DNA of 64,000 nt. Origin: the human T2T-CHM13v2.0 reference genome, Homo sapiens. The notes under the pieces are model-generated. The model searched no databases and was not told the DNA's origin. It worked only from the letters and a program-made list of their open reading frames with translations. The stretch is taken from the NCBI RefSeq assembly GCF_009914755.1, contig NC_060927.1; one strand, written 5' to 3'. Positions 1 to 13,113 of this stretch are shown here, in pieces. How positions within the stretch are numbered: position 1 is the first letter of the stretch; the number at the start of each line of letters is the position of its first letter. A program made the translations under genes and the position numbers.

Positions 1-126
1 GATTGGAATTCTGGCCATCAATCAACTAGTCAGTGGTTTATTATTCCTGGGTTAACTGTGACATTCAATGTAGCCGTTAGGTAGGATTTTGGCTCATTAG
101 ATAAGCTTGTGGAAAGCTCACAAATT

Positions 127-253
127 ATGTAAATGATGAGAAAAGGAAAGCTGAAGAATGATGCCTCTAGAAATTGTAATCCCTTGAACTCTTTAAATAT
201 CTATGCTTAAAGGCATAGATAAATTTGCTTCCTCTTTCTCAAAAGAACTTCCT
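127..253 (+). repeat. 127-bp direct repeat, copy 1 (copy 2 at 3090-3216)
   Basis: Sequence identical to copy 2 except 2 substitutions; not recognised as an interspersed repeat. Confidence 0.9.
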
Positions 254-879
254 CAGTACTACTCTCTCAAACTCAATATTTTATTGGTAACAATATGATT
301 ACTTCAAAGTATGCTCTGACCTTAATTAGGGACTGTTATCAACCTTTTCTTAATTAAAATACCATAAACTAGGAAACTATAATTTACGTAGAAAAAGATC
401 AAAATATCAAGAATTTTTAAATGTCAGTGATTGAATACCAGTCAGCCTAGAAAGGTTATCTACCCACTTCTTAGATGACTAATAACTGTCTCAATAATAC
501 TTGCAGAAGAATCCGTGGTGCACCAATATTTGCAAGTATTATCTTTTTAAAGTGTTTTATGTAATGTTTTAAAAACATAGCTAAATTCTTAAGGAATGGT
601 TCATTCTTTAATGCTACTTCTATAGACTGAATACAGCTATGTGTCTCACCAAGTATGTGAGACTTTTTACATAATAATTAAACGGATTTTAAGGAGATTT
701 CTGGAATAGTCCAGTGCTATTTCCATTATATCACAGAAAGATATCAGGAATCTTTATTAAAATCCTGGGCCTGACACTTATTGATGACTTTATTTGGCAC
801 TAGTGACTTACCTTTTCTTTCTTCAACTGCAAAAAGCAGATCTCAATCTCTACCTTCTCAGGACTGTCAGAAGGATCAG

Positions 880-1960
880 TTCATTCATTCAGTGAATATT
901 TATTGAATACTTACTATGTGCCAAGCACTGATCTAGACACCACAGAAGCTACAGTGGTAAACCAAAAACAAAGACCCTGATCTAATATAATTTATTCTAA
1001 TGACGAAAGCAAAGCAATAACTATACTGACAAATAAATATATTAGGCAAAATCATAGGATAAGCTGATGCTATTTGGGTTAAGGAGATAGAGAATAGCTG
1101 ATGGAAGTATTTTAAGAGGGATTTATTTCTTTGACCCACTCACCTATTCCCTCTCTCTCATGTTTGTTATATGTCCTTAAGCATGTATGTATCCTCATAG
1201 AATATGTAGCTTTTAGTTGTATAATTTTGACTTGCACAAATGATATGGTGCTATAGACCTTTTGTGTTTCTTACTTTTCTCACCCAGCGCCATATATGTG
1301 CTTTCCATGTTTTTGTTTGCAGAATTCATTTGCTATTTCTGGAGTCTGTATTCTGTAGTATGCATCTACCATATTTGCTTGTTCATTTCCCATGATGAAC
1401 ACACATGGATTGCTTCAAATGCCCACCATTACACACAATATAAAAGGCCCTTAGAAACAAATTTCATTTGGGCAGAGATATGATTAAAGTGAGAATATGA
1501 GCCAATGGAAGATAAGCATTACAGTCTTTGGCAGAGGTTCTGAGGTAAAACATTGTTGGTGTGTTGGAAAAACAACAAATGTTTCATGTGGCTGGATTGA
1601 AGTAAGTAAGAGGGAGAGAGCTAGGAGCTAAAGACAAATTGGTAGCCAGGGCCCAGATCATAGAGGGCACTGCAGACTTTGAAGATGACATTGGAGCTTA
1701 ACTAAGCATGATGGGAAGCCAATGGAGAATGTTGAGGAACAGGATGATTTATCTTTTTAAAAGGTCACTCTGGCTGTGGTGTGAAGAGTAGGCTGTGAAG
1801 GGCACAAGTAGGAATGGGGGTTCTAATCAAGAAGCTGCTACACTAGACCAGGTGAGGTATGGTAAAGGCACAGTTGGGGTATTAGCAGTAGACAAGTTAG
1901 AAAAGTAAGAAGTGGAAGGACTTAAGGTACATTCTGAAATTAGAGAAGACAGAAATTGCT
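880..1960 (-). mobile_element. L2 LINE fragments, interrupted by older sequence
   Basis: ttcattcattcagtgaatatttattgaatacttactatgtgccaagcactg is the reverse of the L2 3' end; L2-like text continues at 1480-1960. Boundaries approximate. Confidence 0.6.
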
Positions 1961-2204
1961 GTTGGATTGGAGAAATAATTTAGGGTACATGATAGTGATT
2001 AAGTACTCAGACTTAATCCTTCTCCTTCTTTCAGATGGGTAATCTTGGATAAGCTACCTAACTTTGAAGCCTTGGAAATAAAATTCTTCCATCTGTTAAA
2101 AGGAGTATCAGTAACTATTCCATAAGATGAAATTAAATTCTAAATGAGATAATCAAGGGCATTTCATAGCACTTGACTTTTATTAGATTCTCAATAATGA
2201 GTGG

Positions 2205-2304
2205 GTGATGATGATAGTGATGATGATGATGATGATAGTGATGATGATGATGATGATGGATTCCTAAACTTTGGAGCCTAAAGCCCTATCTCCCTTTTCT
2301 GAAT

Positions 2305-2355
<51 letters not shown>

Positions 2356-2500
2356 TATATATATATATACACATTATATATATATACACATTATATATAT
2401 ATACACATTATATATATACACATATATATATACACACACATTATATATATATAAACACATTATATATATATAAATTTGGCATATAAATATATATAAAATT
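2205..2500. repeat. (GAT)n followed by (TA)n / TATATACACAT low-complexity repeat
   Basis: Directly visible. Confidence 0.95.
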
Positions 2501-3089
2501 TGGCAGTTGCTATATACTAGTTAACTTCCCACATGTTAAAATTTTGAAGCTCTCTGGTCATATATGCTACCTTATACTTCCTTGTAACAAAGGATGTTGT
2601 ACATAGAGTAAACATTCAATAAATATTCATTAAAGAAAGAATGAATGAGCAAGCTCCTGCTTTGTTTTTGGGTGAAACAGAGTCACTTGAAGATTTGGGG
2701 GTTGTTGAATTATTATTAAATCTGCTTTCCCCTCTTCTCATTTGTAGTAAGTAAATGATAATTCTAAGTGGTATCATCCTATACTATTTGGGAGTCCTTA
2801 AATGTCTACAGGAAAAACTGCCACAGGTACCTAGGTCTAAAGATTACTCTTATGGGTATCATACTGAGACAAACAAGCCACTTAATCCCTTCCTCATGAC
2901 TGTAACTCAGTCCCTGTGAAAGTCATTCTAATTATGATATAAATGGTTGATGTTTTCATCACAATGACACACTCAGAAAACCTAATAACCACATAAGCAG
3001 CAAGCCAGGGGGCTCTGTACAATAGGAGGAAATGTACAGGGAGTCATTAGGCCAGATGGAGTCCTTATAATTATTTAAGCCTACTGTTA

Positions 3090-3216
3090 ATGTAAATGAT
3101 GAGAAAAGGAAAGCTGACGAATGATGCCTCTAGAAATTGTAATCCCTTGAACTCTTTAAATATCTATGCTTAAAGGCATAGATAAATTTGCTTCCTCTTT
3201 CTCAAAAGAGCTTCCT
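3090..3216 (+). repeat. 127-bp direct repeat, copy 2
   Basis: Matches 127-253. Confidence 0.9.
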
Positions 3217-3873
3217 GTTTCTTCTCCAATGACAAAACCTTATTGTCATTAATAACACACACCACATCATCAGTACAGCAGCATTCACCCTTGGTTTCTT
3301 TCAAGAGTCCTTTGACATTGCTTACATAACTTAGAGGGCCATACCTTCCCCCACTTTGATGCCAAAAGAATGCACCTTGGTTAACTACCTTCATTACAAA
3401 CATCACCTCTTAACAAGGGGCAGACTGTATTTAAGTCTAGTTCTACAAATCTTATAATTAGGGAATTAAGGGAAGTTTTCTAAACTCTGTCCCTCAGTTT
3501 CCTCACCTGTAGGGTGAAAATGATTATAGTATATTATTACCTACCTAAAAAGTTTAAGGTGAAGTTGTACCATGTCAATATATATAATGTGTCTAGAACT
3601 GAACACACGGTAAGTACTAGGTGAATATTTGACATTATTATAAGTTTATTATTTTCATCAGAATGAGGGGTATTAGCAGGTTCTTCATTTTCAAACATGC
3701 CTCAAACTTTTAAAGTATAACATGTGCAAAAGTTACAGAATGCTTAGGCAGTAAGAGAAAGTTATGAGCTTCTCTATTCTCCATTGTTGTAACTGTTTGG
3801 CCAGTCTGATTTTAATAAATTAGAATTTAATAGAGCATCTCTATAATGTCAAAATCTGGGTCTCTCTACTTAT

Positions 3874-4106
3874 CATGGTCATTGCTGTACAAGGGTGAAA
3901 TCTGTCACAGTCCACAGCTTCCACGGTGAGGTTATATTGCTTCACAGACTCACAGTCTGGCTGTGTGGTAAGTTCGATCATTCCAGAGAGAGGATGAATC
4001 CAGAATCTTTGTATAACCTGGGTGTCTCCATTGGCTATTTCGTATGTCACACAATTTGGTGGGTGCTCTTCATCAATGGCAATCACTCTTCCAACTTTAT
4101 AGAATG
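3874..4106 (-). pseudogene. Cadherin pseudogene exon 12 (EC5): AFYKVGRVIAIDEEHPPNCVTYEIANGDTQVIQRFWIHPLSGMIELTTQPDCESVKQYNLTVEAVDCDRFHPCTAMTM; donor apparently mutated
   Basis: ttattggcag|CA TTC...ACC ATG|ATAAGT; 233 nt. Classic cadherin repeat (VGRVxAxD, YxI, FxIxPxSG, YNLTVEAxD). Confidence 0.92.
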
Positions 4107-4949
4107 CTGCCAATAACATTTTATAAGGCTCATTCTCATCATGCAGATACACTGCTTTAAAAAAAACTTAACATGTCTTTGCCTACCAAATAGTATCACA
4201 GTTTCTCAAAGGATCAGCCTCTATTCTTTTGGATAATGAAATATGTTTGAAGACCTTCAACTCAACATAACGGAAAACAAATTCAGAGAAAGTCCTCTAT
4301 CACTTTAAACCATTTGCCTTGAGTCAAATAACATAAGTTAACAGTAACTTTATAATAATAATGATTAGCTTACATGCACTGCATGAATATTTTCTACTAG
4401 GCATCATGCTAAGATTAGCATCAGATAACGGTTCACAGCCCAGACTCTGAAACCAGACTTCCTAGGTTTCAAGTCTCAGGTCTATCATTTATTTGTGCAA
4501 CTCATTGGAAGATTCTTCAACCGCTCCAGCCCTCATATTATTTATCTGCAAACTAGGAATAATATCTACCATACAAAGTTGTGAGGAGTGAATGAGCTAA
4601 AATGTATAAAGCACTTAGAATAGTGCCTGGTATGTAAGTAAATACTAAGTAAAAATTAGCTATTATTTAATTGAATTATCTCATCGAATCTTCTCAACAG
4701 GCTTATTATATATCCACTATTACAGTCCTCATTTTATAGATAAGGAAATTAGGTCTAGTGGTATTAAGTAACTTGCTCACTGTCCAGAGCTAATAGTGGT
4801 AGAATCAGGATTTAAACTGGTACCTGATGATTCTACAGCCCATATTTTTAAAATCACTTTCTGTAATTCCAGTGTGCAATACCCCCAGATAATCTCTTAG
4901 AAGAGAAATGGGTATGATCTATTGGCTGCATAACAAATAGGCTCAAATT

Positions 4950-5264
4950 ACTATTATTATTATTATTGTTATTATTATTTTGAGACAGGGTCTCACTCCA
5001 TCACCCAGGCAGGAGTGCAGTAGTGCAACCATGGCTTACTACAACCTCAACCTCCTGGCTCAAGTGATCCTCCTGCCTCAGCCTCCTGAGTAGCTGGGAG
5101 TACAGGTGCATGCCACCACACCTAAGTAATTAAAAAAAAAAAATTTTAGAGACGAGGTCCCGCTATGTTGCCAAGTCTGGTCTCAAACTCCTGGGCTCAA
5201 GCAATCCTTGCACCTTGGCCTCACAAAGTGCTGGAATTACAGGTATGAACCACTGCACCCAGTC
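4950..5264 (-). mobile_element. Alu (AluJ-like)
   Basis: Reverse Alu consensus with an (ATT)n-derived tail. Confidence 0.9.
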
Positions 5265-5448
5265 TAGACCCAAACTCTTTATCCTTCCGATGTTCATGCT
5301 TTTTGCCATTTAACCCCTTAGTGCCCCTCCAATTCTGACTTGGGGCCCAGCCCGCAACTTGTTTTGGCCAATGGGATATTAGCAAATCTGATGCCAGCAG
5401 AAACCTGAAAGGTACTTGCATGATCAGGCTTGCCTTTCTTGTGCACTT

Positions 5449-5933
<485 letters not shown>

Positions 5934-6366
5934 TCTTTGCACTTCCTCCTTTTCCCTGAAAACAAGCTCAGGCTAGCCTGCTGGAAGATGAGAGAGGAGC
6001 CAACCTTCCCAGTCACCCCAGCCGAAGCCAGAATAGATCAGCTGAAAGCTAGCCAACTCACAATTTTGAGCAAGCCCAGCCATGACCAGAGAGACAAGCC
6101 AGCCACTTCTTAGACTCATGGGCTAAATAAGTGTTTATTGTTGTATTACACTAATATTTTGTGGGTCTTATTACATAGCATACTTACAGTAGTAGGTAAC
6201 TGGCACCACAAGTTTACCCCTCAATCATTTTTGCCTGAACTGTAAACTCCAGGGCAGGCATCTTATCTCTACCATTTAGTGAAATACCACTATACAATGG
6301 CTGGCTCACTAACACAAGTACAGCACATTTTGGTTGCTAATAACCAAGAATAAAAAATTAATATAA

Positions 6367-6645
<279 letters not shown>

Positions 6646-8419
6646 TGAACACACCTCATAATACCAAAAACAGAGAAACCATACTCATGAAAAAGAATGT
6701 GTTTTACTGTGGCAAATCCAGAATATAGAGTCCAACCTATTGCTCGCATGAAATAATTCGTACTAAGAGAATAGCGTCACAACTGATACAAGACCACATA
6801 AAATAGATTACTGGTAAAACTGCCATCTCTATTAGACAGTCCTGGGCAAAGATGGTGTCATTTTCACATTTAACACCTGAATAAGTATAATAGGAAGCTT
6901 ATTCTTCTGTAAGTGTAAAATTAACCTTTCAATAAAAACTAAAAGCTATACTGAGCATCTTTAGCTGAAGTTTAAAATAGAGTAATTATGAAATTCTGCA
7001 ATTCTGCCAAATACCTCATCAAAAACTATTGGAAATAAAATATATTTTGCTTTGTGACTTGCAACCCAGTGTGATTTAATTATCATGTATTCTCTTCTAA
7101 ATAATTTCTGATAAAGAAATATTTTTGCCTATTGCTAACCCCCTCTAGAAGTGTTTGTGAATTTATCACTTACCTTTAGAAAAAATTTACTATAAATATT
7201 ATAAATTTCCATAATTTGGGGGGAGAAAAACTCATGTAGTTCTCAAATACACTCAAATTTTCTGTGCTAATCCACACAGCATGAAAAAGACTTCCACATT
7301 AATGGATTTTTTAAAATGTCCTCAAAGTCTATAGGCTAAACCTTTGATATTACTAGGATAGTTCATTTTCTGAGTAGTTTTACCTTCCCAATTTCCTCCT
7401 TTAAAGCAAATTTCCACTGATTGTGAAGATTTATCTCCTCTGATGGACATCATTTGAGATGAGACATCTCATTTGAGATAAGACATCATCTCAAAGAACA
7501 ACTCTCACCTAAATTTACTCAGTTTATGTACTCTGTTTATGTACTAAATTTACTCGGTTTATGTACTCTGCTGGGGAAGATGAAGAGAGTTTGTTTGTTT
7601 GTTTGTTTTAAAAAAAAAAGAAAAGAAAAGAACGGGAAAAGTTCTGGCACATTCTACATTGTAAGCACTCAATAAATGATAGTGATTATTATTTGCAATG
7701 GTGTGCTAATCCTCCTCTTAATTCATAAAATAATTATTGCAATCTTTATTTTACAGATGAGAACTTGAAGACACATAGAGATTATGTGACTTGCTTTGAG
7801 TCATTTAACTAGCAGTAACAGAGTCCGCTTTAAATCTAGTTCTATATAGCTCTAGCTCCCATAGTTTTTTGCTATATCAGTGTGCTCCCTTTTAAAGACC
7901 TAGGAGTCCTCTGTCTGGGAGAGCAAGTCACTAGACAACTATTTGGAAAACAGTACCCACTTAACTCTTTGTATGAATTCTCAGAACTTGTTTTCAGATC
8001 TCTGTTGGTCTCAGTCATAAAAATGCATCCAAGAAAACCAGCCTGTAATACTAAACAGAGAACTGGACCAGGAATTTGGAAGTTTTCATTTAGCTACAAC
8101 ATCTGCTACTTATTAGCTGTGTAACTTTGGATAAACTCATTTCTTTCTCCACTCCAATTTCCTCATAGTGAAAAAAAAGAGGTTGAATCCTTCAGCTGTT
8201 CCAAATCAACAATATTATGACTGAAAATTCTCAATCCTTCTTCTCAGCCATCAATAAAGTATTAAATTACACTTAAGAAAACATGTAAGTGTTCAATACA
8301 TTTAGAGGGTTTTACCTTCAAACATAAATTAAATTTCAGGAAAACTTCAGTTAGTTGGAAAGAAACTGACATGAAACACTTGCTTCTCCTAAAATGGCAT
8401 TTTTAAAAATGCCAGTCTC

Positions 8420-8800
8420 AAAGGCAAAACTATGGAGATGGTAAAAAGATCAGTGGTTGCTAGGGATTGGGGGAAGGGAGAGATAAAAAGGAAGAGAACA
8501 GAATTTTTAGGATAGTGAAACTACTCTGTATAATCGTAAAATGGTGGATACATGTCATTTTACATTTGTCCAAACCCATGGAATATATAATGCCAAGGGT
8601 GAACCCCAGTGTAAACTGTTAACGTTGGGTGATAATTATGTGTCCGTGTAGAGTCATCAATTGTAAAAATGCACCACTCTGGCAAGGGGTGTTGATAATG
8701 GGGGAAGCTGCATGTCGCGGGGGAAGGGGTGTATAGGACATCTCTGTACTTTCCCCTCAGTTTTCCTGTGAACCTAAAACTGCTCTAAAAAAATAGTATC
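8420..8800 (+). mobile_element. Old L1M 3' UTR fragment
   Basis: aaaggcaaaactatggag...gaacctaaaactgctctaaaaaa is a typical L1M 3' end. Confidence 0.75.
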
Positions 8801-9390
8801 TTTTTTTAAAAATGCAAGTATCTATTTTAAAATCTTGTTTGGTTCTGTTAACTTTGCGAGGTCATGGAATCCCTTTTGTAACTTGATAAAGCCTATGGAG
8901 CTTTTCCCCCAGAGATTCTCAAAGCCCATGTTCACACCCTCTGCTCCATATTTAGGATTTATAAGCCAGGAAATGATTAGATGATTGTGAACTACTCAAC
9001 TTCTGACTCATCATCATGCTCTTTTAACTCTAGAACTCCCTGGAGCTAGAAGATTACACTATTGACCACCACAGAGAAATGGAAGAATATGAAGAAAGGA
9101 AAGAAGTCATTGTAATGAGGCTCTATCAATAAAAGATTACTCAAAAATCAATATTGAGTACTTCCAAAAGCCCATAGGCAGAATGGGGGGGTGAGAGGGG
9201 ACCAGAATCCTGTTTACAATACATTCAATTTATATGTAACTTTTCTGGATTGTCTGGTCACATATTGCAAAATCAGACTGTATTATATTCCAGAACCAGG
9301 ATATAATAGGTGTGTATTTATTTCACAGAGACGTTAAGAACTTCTCCAAAGCTGCACAGTGAGAAAAACAAAGAAATGAAATCCAAGTAC

Positions 9391-9664
9391 AGCCCAGATA
9401 CAGTGGTTCATGCCTGTAATCCCAGCACTTTGGGAGGTGGAGGCAGGAGGATTGATTGAACCCAGGAGTTCAAGAGCAGCCTGGCAAACATGGCAAAACT
9501 TAATCTCTACAAAAAATACAAAAATTAGCTGGGCATGATGGTGTGCACCTGTAGTCCTAGCTACTTGGGAGGCTGAGATGGGATGATTGCTTGAACCTAA
9601 GAGGGTTAGGCTGCAGTGAAATGTGATTGCACCACTGCACCCCAGCCTAGGCAACAGAGTGAGA
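9391..9664 (+). mobile_element. Alu (AluJ-like) with an expanded purine-rich tail
   Basis: Alu consensus. Confidence 0.9.
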
Positions 9665-10232
9665 AGAAAGAAAGAAGGAAGGAAGGAAGGAAGGAAGGAA
9701 GGAAGGAAGGAAGGAAGGAAAAAGAAAGAAGGAAAGAAAGAAAAGAAAGAGAGAGAGAGAGAAAGAAATAAGAGGAGAAGGAGAAGGAGAAGAAGGAGAA
9801 GGAGGAGGAGGAGAAGAAGAAGGAGAAGAAGAAGAAGAAGAAGAAGAAGAAGAAGAAGAAGAAGAAGAAGAAGAAGAAGAAGAAGAAGAAGAAGAAGAAG
9901 AAGAACTAGAAGACAAAGGAGAAGGAGAAGAAGAAGAAAAAGAAGAAGGAGGAGGAGGTGGAGGAAAGGAAGGAAGGAAGGAGAGAGGGAGGAAGGAGAG
10001 AGACAGGGAGGGAGGAGAGAGAGAGGGAGGAAGGAGAGAGAGAGGGAGGAAGGAGAGAGAGAGGGAGGAAGGAGAGAGAGAGGGAGGAAGGAGAGAGAGA
10101 GGAAGGAGAGAGAGAGGGAGGAAGGAAGGAAAAAGGAAAAAGGAAAGAGGGAAAGAAAGAAAGAAAAATAAGAAAGAAAGGAAGGAAGAAAGAAAGAAAA
10201 GAAGAAAGAAAGGAAAAGAGAGAAAGAAAGAA
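9660..10232. repeat. About 570-bp polypurine compound repeat including (GGAA)n, (GAA)27 at 9825-9905 and GGAAGGAGAGAGAGAG-like units
   Basis: Directly visible. Confidence 0.95.
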
Positions 10233-10365
10233 ATTCAAATGTGTGGGCTTTTGATTTTCCAGTCTTTCCTCAGAACATTTGTCTAACGTTTGATTTCCTA
10301 GTCTCTCAACATTTGCAGTTGTCTGGCAAGGAAATAAGCTGGCTTGAAGTAGTGTGGGTTCCACC

Positions 10366-11711
10366 CAGTGTTATGCTGGCAAATGTTTAAAAACCAACTC
10401 TCTGAAAAAAAACTGGTGTGTGTGTGTGCGCGCGCACATGCGTGCGTGTGCATGCACACACATATTCACATAAATATATGTTTGTTATAAATTTTACTGA
10501 TATAAAAGATAGGGAATGTAAAATTTACAGTTAACGATGAGATATAAAATACTCTGTATTGTAAATTTCCATATAGACAATTGATTTTCATAGAATGCTT
10601 TCACTGATTCACAAACTGTCCTACACATTGCCACACTATGATTGCAAATGACAAATGAGTAGTGCCAACATGAATGTTAGTTGATATTTTCCTTTGTATT
10701 AAAGAGTAAGGTGAAAGTGAAGCCGTGGCAGAACTTCACTAGCTCATCAATGATGGGAATGGCTTATTTGCTGAATTGGAAAACAGTTTTTGATTGCTAG
10801 AAGACTATTTCCACAATTTTTGTGCACTCACAACAATAATCTCAGACCTTTTTTTTTTTATACTTTAAGTTTTAGGGTACATGTGCACAATGTGCAGGTT
10901 AGTTACATATGTATACATGTGCCATGCTGGTGTGCTGCACCCATTAACTCGTCATTTAGCATTAGGTATATCTCCTAATGCTATCCCTCCCCCCTCCCCC
11001 CACCCCACAACAGTCCCCAGAGTGTGATGTTCCCCTTCCTCTGTCCGTGTGTTCTCATTGTTCAATTCCCATCTATGAGTGAGAACATGTGATGTTTGGT
11101 TTTTTTGTCCTTGCAATAGTTTACTGAGAATGATGATTTCCAATTTCATCCATGTCCCTACAAAGGACATGAACTCATCATTTTTTATGGCTGCATAGTA
11201 TTCCATGGTGTATATGTGCCACATTTTCTTAATCCAGTCAGACTTTTACATTTAATCTGTATTATTAACATTTTCTCTATCAATTTCTTAAGACAAGATA
11301 ATTTTTTTTAAAAACTATGAATCAAGTTTTAATATGTAATGTTTGTTGATTTCTATGGTATAAATGCTCTCACCATTTTCAATTTTAAATTTTCAATAAT
11401 TATTGCTAACTTGGAAAGAGAAATGCAGTAGCATGCCATTCTATCTATGGAATTTCACCATTCTATTTATGGAATTTCACCATTCAGTCCCAACAGATGT
11501 GAATAACCTCAAGGCAAATATAATAGTAAAATGTAGTAACATAATTAAGAAGTACTGAGTTTTTAGCATTTACTAACTTTTAACATAACTTTTATAACTA
11601 AGTTTATTAATTTATTTTTAAGAATATTATTAATAATCAGGTTATCAAATTCCTGCAGATTTAACAATTGGATCTTGCAAGCCAGTATGATTCAACTCTA
11701 GCACACAACTG
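10366..11711. mobile_element. hAT DNA transposon remnant (Zaphod/Tip100-like), with a nested L1PA
   Basis: Termini cagtgttatgctgg...ctagcacacaactg; 8-bp TSD gttccacc/gttccatc. Family name is tentative. Confidence 0.7.
10849..11238 (-). mobile_element. 5'-truncated L1PA 3' end
   Basis: poly-T then tatactttaagttttagggtacatgtgcac... (L1PA 3' UTR); short TSD tcagac. Confidence 0.92.
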
Positions 11712-12301
11712 GTTCCATCCATCCCTTGAAGTATTCAAGTCAAACCTGAAAGAGATGCTGAAGAAAGGATGTGTTCCTCTCTTAGATGACAGAAGATACA
11801 AGTAGGACCTCTGCTGTCTCTTCTAAATTTAACGTTCCTTGATCTATACTAACAAATGTGTCCTACTTAATATGTAATAAATGGCTGAAAAAGAACCCTG
11901 ACTAAGATCTTGACTCTGGACCTAAAATCATGACCCCAGACATTCACAGGATTGAATTGCGTGGACAATGAGCACATCGTTTCTACCTTCTTTGCATTTA
12001 GATCTAATTTAGAGGCAAGGGGGAAGATAAATGGAATAAAATTAGTATTGTGTAATTTTTTATTACAAAAATCCTACGTCATCAAATGTTAAGGAAGTCT
12101 TCGGGGAGCCATCAAAATGATACACTGAAGGTGTTACCGACGAAAAGTGCCTTGTTCTTGAGTGTCTGGGATTCCATAATGCTCTCTTATTTGCTTGCAT
12201 TTTGTAAATGTATATGCTTTTTTCCACTGGCCATTCATTTGAAATGTGGTAGGTGTTTCCTTCTGCATGTTTCAACACCATAGACTTGGGGAATCTCTTA
12301 C

Positions 12302-12400
12302 CTCCCAACGTTTCCGGAACAGAGAATGAATAGTGTGCAGCTTTAAATACAGGGCTGAAGTCACTGGCAGGAGCAACCTTCACAATGAAGGTCACAGTTG
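12302..12400 (-). pseudogene. Cadherin pseudogene exon 11: ATVTFIVKVAPASDFSPVFKAAHYSFSVPETLG
   Basis: aatttcacag|CA...GGA G|gtaaga; 99 nt, phase 1 to 1. PVF...YSFSVPE linker motif. Confidence 0.93.
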
Positions 12401-12950
12401 CTGTGAAATTGAACACTGAATAAATGCTTTGTTGTTGTAGTTTTATTCCACAAACAAGCTCCCCGTCCCCCCAGGAACAGGCTTAGCAAGGAATTTTGAA
12501 ACTGCAGTGGGATTCTCTGTGCTCCCAAGCAACCCCTGCTCCCAGACTGCATTCTCAAGGAACCAAAATAAATTTTGGTGCTAGCCAAAGCAATTTAGTG
12601 AAAAATACATAATGTATTGCATGGTATATTTTGTTTTGTATAGTAGAAATATGCATGTATTTATATACATCATTTAAAATATACAATTATATATTTCACA
12701 CAAGATAGTTTATTGCATTTTTCATGGGTACAGTCTCCTCCATTAGAGAGTTTGTTGGCGTGTCATTCTCAACCCAGCATGTGACATTCTCAATTCTGCT
12801 TTTAATGTATATCCTAGAAAGTGGAAGGGAAAGAGACTCAGAAAATCACGTTCAAGGCTTAGCCTTGAACACGTACAGCTGTTCCTCAGTATACACGGGG
12901 ACTGGTTCCAAGGCCCTGGCATATAACAAAACATGCACATGCTTAAGTCC

Positions 12951-13113
12951 TGCAGTCAGCTCTGCAGAACCTGTGAATACAAAAGGTTGCCACTCTAATA
13001 CATGCAGGTTTCTCATACTGAATACTGTATTTTGGATCTGCATTTGGTTGAAAAAAATCTGTATATAAATGGACCTTCACAGTTCAAACCCATGTTATTC
13101 ATGGTTCACCTGT
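12951..13113. mobile_element. TcMar-Tigger-derived fragment
   Basis: Ends in cagttcaaacccatgttattcatggttcacctgta, a Tigger-like terminus. Confidence 0.55.

Noticed and set aside
30-80. Minus-strand TATLNVTVNPG as a possible exon 13
   Set aside because: No convincing acceptor, no DxNDE motif, and a stop follows within a few codons.
4109-4152. MYLHDENEPY at the start of ORF 3841..4152, resembling a DxNEP cadherin motif
   Set aside because: It lies upstream of the exon 12 acceptor; exon 11 already supplies the linker in the correct phase, so this is treated as coincidence.
9623-10364. Poly-Arg, poly-Ser and Leu/Pro/Ser-rich ORFs
   Set aside because: These are translations of the GAA/GGA simple repeat, not genes.
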